Assembly: GCA_964016885.1 (NCBI GenBank)
Contig: OZ024759.1
Location: 26,474,001-26,538,000, forward strand
Source: Eledone cirrhosa
Lineage: Eukaryota
Direction of reading: 5' to 3'
DNA length: 64,000 nucleotides
The notes beneath the pieces are model-generated. The model was not told where the DNA came from and made no database searches. It saw only the letters and a list, made by a program, of their open reading frames with translations. This document shows positions 55,348 through 64,000 of the stretch, piece by piece. The position numbers and the translations under genes are program-made. The first letter of the stretch is position 1. The number at the start of each line of letters is the position of its first letter.

Positions 55348-55451
55348 TGTTTATACTTAGGCATTGTGCCTCCCCTTGGTGTTCCTTTACATCTCATGAT
55401 AGACCAGGCGATAAGAATGTTTGCTAGGATCAACAAAGATATGTTAACCAT
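55348..55451 (-). CDS. Candidate first coding exon: signal peptide plus short linker, no nonapeptide
   Basis: ATG after an in-frame stop. MVNISLLILANILIAWSIMRCKG-TPRGGTMPKYK-CA|GTAAGT has a hydrophobic core, a C-x-G cleavage-like site and a consensus donor. It ends in phase 2 while exon 2 starts in phase 0; one extra nt would give YKQ|CKSCG. Confidence 0.33.
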
Positions 55452-56384
55452 TGAACCTTACTAAATTTCTCGACGGGGGATTTTAAATGCATTCAGATTG
55501 TTGAAACGATTTATATTCAAGAATCCGAAATAAATTATGCCTGACAACATAGGTAAAAATAACTGTTCTAAGCCACCCATATCTCAGGGATTTCGACTCT
55601 GAATATGAGGAAGAAGAAAAAGGAGAAGAACCAGAAAGAATGAGAAAGTAGACAGGAGGAGAAGGTGGTGAAGGAGGGGGGAGAAGGAGAGGAAGATGGA
55701 GAAGAAGGCGATGAAGCAGAAGGAGAGGAAGGAGGAGAGGAGAGGAAGAGGGAGGAGAAGGAGAAGACTAAGAAGAAGAAGAAACTATGAAGAAGCAAAA
55801 GGAGAAGGTAATGCAATGTTTGTGTGATAAAGTGATGAACGGATGTGTGGGTGGGTGTATCGATAGAGAGGCATTGCTGGGGAGGTGTTGGGTAGATAGA
55901 CGTGTTGTTGGGTAAGTGAATCAATAGATGAGGGCATGGCTGGAAGGTGGAAATGGTGAATAGAATGAAAGATCATATGGTAACCTAATTATCTGAAGTG
56001 ATTTTTCACTCCTCTCACACACTCTCTCTCTCGCCTATAACTTTCTCCTATCTCGCTCCCTCTCTCCTTCTATCTCGCTCCTTCTCTCATTCTATCTCGC
56101 TCCTTCTCTCTCTCTCTCTCTCTCCTTCTCACTCTCTCCTTCACACGCACACTCTCTCTTTCTCTCTCACTCTCTCTCTCTTTGTATACACATATAAAGA
56201 CAATGTTTGCATGAGTATATATTTATGGATCTATGTATGTACATATATATATGTATGTATGTACATATATATATGATGTATGTATGTACATGTGTATGTA
56301 TATATGCATGTATGCACGTGAGCACTAGCATAGCGTGATGCACAATAAAGTTGTATATGAAGACATATGCGATAGGTTTATATA

Positions 56385-56735
56385 TAATTGCTTCTACTTT
56401 TGGTACAAGGCCAGCAAATACCCAATGCATTACTGGTACTTTATTTTATCGACCTCATAAGGATGAAAAACAAAGCTAACCTCGGCGAGATTTGAACTCA
56501 GACCGTAAAGGGCCGTAACTCTATGCTGAAAAGTATGGCGTCCAACCCTCTACTGATACTGCCAATCCACCACCTATAGGTTTATATATAATTGTTTCTC
56601 CTTTTGGCACAAGGCCAGCAATTACCCAAGTACATTACTGGTACTTTATTTTATCGACCTCGTGAGGATGAAAGGTAAAGTTAACCTCGGCAGAATTTGA
56701 ACTCAGACGAGGTTAACTTTGCCTTTCATCCTTAT
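56385..56735 (-). mobile_element. Two SINE family 1 copies, the second ending in a short fold-back
   Basis: Reverse copies; aggatgaaaggtaaagttaacctcg / cgaggttaactttgcctttcatcct inversion. Confidence 0.75.
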
Positions 56736-57255
56736 ATGTTTATATATAATATACATATAAAGTCTCGCTAAGACAGATTTAAGATGATACGACTCTCTAT
56801 CTAAATATTTGTCTGAAAACTCAGAAACACCTATATATAATGTTGTAGTTTGCTTGAAGCATTGTATATAGTATATGACGTTGAAAGAGATAGAAGGCTA
56901 AATAATGCGAAATGGATTGTAAGATGAGGTAACGAGAGAGAGAGAGAGGTGAACCTGATGAGATGGCTGTGAGCGACCACCTTTTCAAAATGACATATTC
57001 AGACTTCTCTGTATATTAATAATTGTTTCTACTTTTGGCACAAGGCCAGCAATTACCCAATGCATTAATGATACATATGATATATGATACATATGATATA
57101 TGCCTTCATACGCTATTCTACAACATACGTATTTGTGTATGTGTATATATATATAAATATATATATGTGTATATGTATATATATGTATATATATATGTGT
57201 GTATGTATATGTATGTATATATATATGTTTGTGTGTCTATATATGCATATGTATG

Positions 57256-57301
<46 letters not shown>

Positions 57302-57531
57302 GCCCTTTCTTCACATATTTACTTCTCTCCTTGTGCAACGCTACGTAGCTATGTGTCAACATGTATGTATGTGTGTGTATAAATATATATATGTGTGTGT
57401 GTGTGTGTATGGAGAGGGTGTATAGTTCATGGATTAATAGCCCAAGTTATACTTTACTTTCAATGACACAGTTTAGTATTATCATCATCATGGTCATTAT
57501 TAATAGCAGTAGTATAATCGCTGTGGTAGTA

Positions 57532-57588
<57 letters not shown>

Positions 57589-57701
57589 TAACCTTTTGCA
57601 ATGAGTCTATTGTCTTACTCTATTTCGATCGATTTAATTTCTTTTCTCTTTCATTTGATGGTCTTTACTCTTGTGCATAGCACTGTTGTGCATGACACAC
57701 C

Positions 57702-57766
57702 TTATATATATATATATATATATTTATTTATTTATTTAGCTATATATATTTATACATATATATATA

Positions 57767-57812
<46 letters not shown>

Positions 57813-57862
57813 TATATATATATATATATATATATGCATATATATATATATATATATATATA

Positions 57863-57896
<34 letters not shown>

Positions 57897-58107
57897 TATA
57901 TATGCATATATATATATATGCATATATATATGCATATATATATATATGCATATATATATGCATATATATATATATACACGATTTCATATAAAAAACCTCG
58001 CTAAGCTAATTCATATATATATATGCATATACATATGCATATATATATATGCATATATATATTTATATATACATGCATATATTTATATATATATATATAT
58101 ATATATA

Positions 58108-58149
<42 letters not shown>

Positions 58150-58350
58150 TATATATATATATGCATATATATATATATATATGCATATATATATATATAT
58201 ATGCATATATATATATATATATGCATATATTTATATATATATATGCATATATATATATATATATATGCATATATATATATATATATATGCATATATATAT
58301 ATATATGCATATATTTATATATATATATGCATACATACATATATGTGTAT
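57702..58350. repeat. (TA)n array with GC interruptions
   Basis: Directly visible. Confidence 0.9.
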
Positions 58351-58524
58351 GTATATCTACAAATGATATTTCTCAATATAATGCTCAATTCTATATCAAC
58401 AAAGACACAATTAGAAAAGAAACTCCAACAAAAGAAATAAAATAAATAAAAAGGAAATAGAAAGTTAGAAAGAAAGACAGAGAAAGACAAAATAAATAAA
58501 TATATATATATATATAAATAAAAT

Positions 58525-59065
58525 AAAGTAAGATAAATAAGTCAAATGTTTAAAATTTAGCTTCGTTTATTACTGCTATATATATTTTTTGGCTATGACC
58601 TCTTCAGGCAGTCCGAATTAGTGTGGTATAGACAAGTACATATGTTGTTGAGGTGTATAATTTTGTCAATACTCTGATATGCCCAGTTCCTGGTTGGATT
58701 GTAATTTCACTGAGGAACTGGAATCATACCTCAGTAAAATAACAACCTCAACCTCAGTGAAATAACAACCCAACCAGGAACTGGGCATATCAGAGTATTG
58801 ACAAAATTATACACCTCAACAACATATGTACTTGTCTATACCACACTAATTCGGACTGCCTGAAGAGGTCACAGCCAAAGATGGCTGTCACCGAAATATA
58901 TATAGCAGTAATAAACGAAGCTAAATTTTAAACATTTGACTTATTTTACTTTATTTTACATTACTCCGGAGTAACCAAACCAACCTGCGCACTTCGTCGA
59001 GTGCTCCAGCCTGTATACTGAGGTGTTGGTATACAACCAACATATACTCTATATATATATATATA
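58525..59065. mobile_element. Penelope-like inverted pseudo-LTR pair with tail
   Basis: ~190-bp near-perfect inverted arms (~58525-58715 and ~58752-58950). Right arm holds the hammerhead and AATAAA, followed by a tail; (TA)n on both sides. Confidence 0.65.
58855..58909 (+). ncRNA. Type I hammerhead ribozyme (Penelope/retrozyme-like)
   Basis: Stem I ACTGC/GCAGT; core CTGAAGA; stem II GGT-c-ACAGCCA [AAGA] TGGCTGT-c-ACC; GAAA; palindromic stem III TATATA; UH=TA; followed by AATAAA. Confidence 0.8.
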
Positions 59066-59807
59066 AATAAATATATATATATATAAATATATATATATAC
59101 ATACACACATTGTTATTGTTATATTTATATTGCGACCTTACTGTATTGAATTAGAATATAAGTGGAATTCAACAGATTTTATATCATCTATTGATATTCC
59201 GGAAATGGTGGAGATGGTCACCTCCTGAGTCTCAGTGGCTCACTAGACTGACTCCCCTCCCACAATAGATATTTATAACCACCCATTATTTTGTGACGAT
59301 AAGAAGGAAATGTGTTCAATTTATAGCTGAGACCTATGTAATTTTAGTCGGCCTCTTACAGTGCTGTATCTTATTAAGGGTTGTTCAAATGATAGGGCAC
59401 CCAATCAAGTTTTTTTTTTGTTGTTACAGCTCACACATATATAGGGTTAGAGAGCTTTCTTCGTAGTTGCATCTCATGGTAGTTTTCTAGGGTGTTTTAA
59501 TGATAGGGCTCCCAGTCATATCATGTTATTATTTTTGTTACAGTTCACAACTAAGTAGGTTTACATAACTGCCTTCATTGTAGTTTTCTTGGGTATTTTA
59601 ATGATAAGGCCCTCAGTCTTTTTCTGAAAGGTAACATGAATTGTAGACTTCTGGTCAATATAACAACGCACTGCCCGGTCCTGAAATTGAACATATGGTC
59701 TTATGATAAGGAGGGTGACATCCTAATCACTGGTTCACACACCTTTACCGTCACAAAGATGAGACAGTATTGGTTCAGACCACGTCTAAATTAACACCAT
59801 ATATATA

Positions 59808-60064
59808 TCTTATATATATATAAAAGCAAGTCGGTCTGTGTGTGTGTGTGTGTGTGTCTGTCTGTCTGTGTACAAATACTAGGTTCCTTTTAATTTTTGA
59901 AGTACTAGGCCGATTTGGCACGTGCTATTGAGGCGACCTCTCATTGGCTAGCCAATTAGCTGACATAAGCTGACATGCACTCAAAAATTGCGAGCTAAGC
60001 CATGAACGACCTTGTCATTCAGGCTGTCATTCATTTCCCGAGCAACGCCGGGTACATCTTCTAT
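59808..60064 (+). mobile_element. Non-autonomous Helitron-like element with internal microsatellite
   Basis: 5' TC-ttatatatatataaaag, (GT)n(CTGT)n, subterminal hairpin cccgagcaacgccggg (60037-60052), degenerate CTAG end (ctat). Confidence 0.55.
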
Positions 60065-60737
60065 TATATAATATATATATACATAACTATGAATGTTTAT
60101 ATGCATTTATATAAGCATCTATCAAGACTCCCATGCATATATATTGCTTACTCAATGTATAATAATAAAACAAATTAACAGCATAGTAACTTTCCTAACA
60201 CCCTCTCCAACTCTTCAAAGACAGCTGTGTCTGTGTCGTTTATTTCAGTTCTAATGTTTTCAAGAGAGAGGAAAAAAGATATTTTAGATCGATAAGGAGG
60301 AGAGAAACATTTAAAAAGCTCCTTTTTTTTTCAATAAATTGCATTTAAAAAAAATCAGAATAATATTTAACAGAGAAATCAAAATGGAAAGCACAAAACA
60401 AAAACAAGACGTTTTTCAGGTAGAGATATCGTCTGCAAATGGAAAGGCATCTATCGACATTAACACTTTTTAAAACTATTACGACCTCCATCTTTATGTT
60501 TGCCATTGCATCTGTTATAGTCAACATTTCATAGAGAAATTGTACACATGCATTCTGGATATACTTCGATTTCTCATAGAAAATAAATACAACATACAAA
60601 CTTGTTTCTTAATGTAAATTTTGATTAGAGAGAAAAAAACCTTATTAACGAAGTAAGCTTTTCAAACGTGTTACAACTGTGTAATATAGTTGGTGCATTT
60701 CTTGCCATTTCGTTTCGTTTTCCTTTACACACACACA

Positions 60738-60776
<39 letters not shown>

Positions 60777-60808
60777 GTATTTGTGTATAAATATGTATAA
60801 TATATATG

Positions 60809-60842
<34 letters not shown>

Positions 60843-61305
60843 ATATGTATATATACGTATGTATGTATAGTCATTTCTATGTTTAAAAGGGGTAGATATG
60901 TTTAATTCTTCTAGAAAAACTAATCTTAACATATTATTTTAATCAATATTTTCATTACTATCTAACATACCAACTATAACAAAATGGCTGATATGAAACT
61001 AAATAACCCAAAGCAACAACAATAGCAAAGTCAACGACAAAAAGAACCTCTCTTTTATTTTATGGTTCCTATACATCGATTCTAGAAACATGATGAAAGT
61101 AAAAGGAAATCTTCGATGGGGTTTGAATAGAGAAGCTAAATTGCTTTTGTTAACTGATGTCTCAAACTTCTTCGGAACTTTTACGTTTTTGCCAGTAGCT
61201 GATATAATTAATGGCGGCGTCTAAAAGTGTTTTCACGATTAAAAAGGAAATGTTCAAAGTCAGACAAAGTTCGATATACAGACATTTCAAACATATACAC
61301 ACACA

Positions 61306-61359
<54 letters not shown>

Positions 61360-61807
61360 CAGTGAGTTATAACGTTTGTTGATTATTCAACAAAGTTAAT
61401 TTTATAACAGTTTAGAAGCACTCCACAGTTTTATATTGACTTATACCATTAAGTTCACATGAGGATATGTCACCATCTTTACACCAAATATTGTATTTTA
61501 TCTGACGAAAGCGTACTTAAATATTAGTACCCTTGAAATACGTATATTAAAATATATATGGTTTCATATAGATATTTTCCATTTATTAATATTATTAATA
61601 TATATATATATATATATCGATGAAGTTTCGTTTATATATTTATATTTTTATTACGTATCGAGCCGTTACGCGCGTTTTGCAGATTATTGATTCAATGTCA
61701 CCTATGTAGGATATAGACCTGAATCGAGCATAAAGCTGCTCATCAGGTTGGTGATTCACGAAAAACAAAATGAAGTGTTTACCACCTGTAATTCACTGAC
61801 TCAAATA

Positions 61808-61849
<42 letters not shown>

Positions 61850-62073
61850 CTGCTTTGGGAGGGTCATGTTGCCAATAAGAAACACACGCACCAGTTGCTT
61901 TCACTCCAGATAAATAATCTTGTTAAACAAATTCAGAAACGAAATATATATATGTATATATATATGGCTTTTACAGGCAGGACTAGAACTGTTTCATTCG
62001 GAAGAAATCATCAGGAAACCTATGTATTGAGTACCTTACTTACTGTGGTTACCCCCAATTGAACCCAGGATAA

Positions 62074-62110
<37 letters not shown>

Positions 62111-62214
62111 AACAGCTAACGGTGTCATATCCCAAGTAGCAGAAATAGTGTTGACTCGTATCGCCTACTCGCATTCTTCTTTTTTTTTATTATTATTAGG
62201 ACGGAGGATCCAGA

Positions 62215-62382
62215 GGGCGGTGGATTGGCAGTATCGGTAGAGAGTCGACCGCCATGCTTTCTAGCATGAGTTCAAATCCCGCCGAGGTTAACTTTGCCTT
62301 TCATCCTTACGGGGTCGATAAAATAAAGTACTAGTAATGTACTGAGTAATTGGTGGCCTTGTGCCAAAAGTAGAAACAATTA
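62215..62382 (+). mobile_element. SINE family 1 copy (internal deletion)
   Basis: Head, core and tail match. Confidence 0.8.
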
Positions 62383-63128
62383 TTATTTTCGTAATATTTA
62401 TTTTATTTTGTATTTGGCTTTTTAAACTTTCTATTTGTCCACCATTTGTATTTAACCTTCTAGCAGTTCTGTTTCCTCTTTCTTTCATTGTTAAATCAAA
62501 TTCTTTCTTTCTCTCTTTCTTTCTCTTTCTTTCTTTCTTTGTATCTTTATTCATTTATTTATTATCACATTCTCTTTCTTTACACTTGAGTCCTCTTTTG
62601 TTTCTTCTTTTTTTCCTTTCTCTATTTATTCACTGCGTTTCTTTCACGTAGTCTTTTTTCAACATTTTCCCAGTAGCCTTTCTACTCAGTCGTTTGACTT
62701 CATTTTCTTTCCTATGTTGTTTTAATTACCTCCTTCTATCCACCTCCAACTCATTCAATACAATTTCCTTCCTATGTTATACTTATTCTCTCAGGGCCTC
62801 ATTTTTTATACATTATTTCACCTTCGTTTTCATATATTCATTCAGTTCACTGTCCACACATACATATCATCTCCACCAACGCCACAATATAACCACCATC
62901 ACCATCATCACCATCATCATATCAATACATACATCTTCCTCTCCCCCTATCTCCCTTTTACAAACACTCATTCTCTTTCTCCCTCTCTCGCGCTCTCTTA
63001 AATTCATTTTTTCTTTCTCATACACCCTCCTTTTCTCTCTCTTACATACACTCTCCCTCCCTTAAATTCTGTTGTTTCTCTCCCAGACACACTCTCACAC
63101 TGTCTTACACTTTCTTTCTGTCACTCCA

Positions 63129-63193
<65 letters not shown>

Positions 63194-63317
63194 ACTATTT
63201 CTTTCATAAATGATATGGCACCAATCCTAGGGTACCGTTTGTAAATGAAAGTTGTTAAGTAAACGTTGGCAACAAAACCAACAGACAGTTAAGTTCAAAG
63301 TCCAAATAATGAGACAC

Positions 63318-63428
<111 letters not shown>

Positions 63429-63471
63429 AAAACAGAGAGTTTACAGTGCTGAGAACACAAATCATGGGTGT

Positions 63472-63505
<34 letters not shown>

Positions 63506-63674
63506 CAGTGAGCAATGTACACACCCTTCTATATACACATCACCCCACCACCATCAGCCACAAAATCAAACGTAGAATATAAAGACTTAAGATAAATACT
63601 CTCAAATATTTTCTACAGAGTTTTAACAATTTTGTCCTTCAACCTTCTTAATTATATCTCAATGAAACTATGTT

Positions 63675-64000
63675 ATAGTGTTGTTGTTGCTGTTATTGTT
63701 GAGGATGTTTTGTTGTTGCTGTTTTTCATGATGTTGATAGTGATGTTGTTGTTGTTGATAATGGTGTTGATGTTATTGTTATTGTTTCTGATGATGATGA
63801 TAATGATATTTGTGACTATAATGTACATGATGTTGTTAATGATGCTGATAATGATGATGTTGATGATAATGATGATGTCGTGATATTTATAGTGATGATG
63901 TCGTGTTGGATGTAGATGATGCTGTTGATGATGATTCTTTTGATATTCTTGTTTATGTTGTTGTTGCAGCTGTTATTGTAGATGTTGTTGTAGATGTAAC
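63675..64000. repeat. Degenerate (GAT/GTT)n tract
   Basis: Directly visible. Confidence 0.85.

Overview
Extremely AT-rich, microsatellite-laden eukaryotic DNA, most likely an octopod cephalopod (inferred from the SINE families and a cephalotocin-like neurophysin). Nearly all tracked ORFs are artefacts of (TA)n/(CA)n repeats. The one clear gene is on the minus strand: an oxytocin/vasopressin-superfamily precursor. Its 202-bp exon 2 (44132-43931) and last exon (36294-36191) splice in frame into a complete 14-Cys neurophysin. I found no nonapeptide-GKR exon in the window. A candidate signal-peptide exon at 55451-55348 lacks the hormone and is one nucleotide out of phase with exon 2, so a hormone-less neurophysin paralogue is possible but unproven. 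The rest consists of multi-kb (TA)n arrays, two tRNA-derived SINE families, Penelope-like fold-back remnants with minimal hammerhead ribozymes, Helitron/MITE fragments, minisatellites and a 200-N assembly gap.
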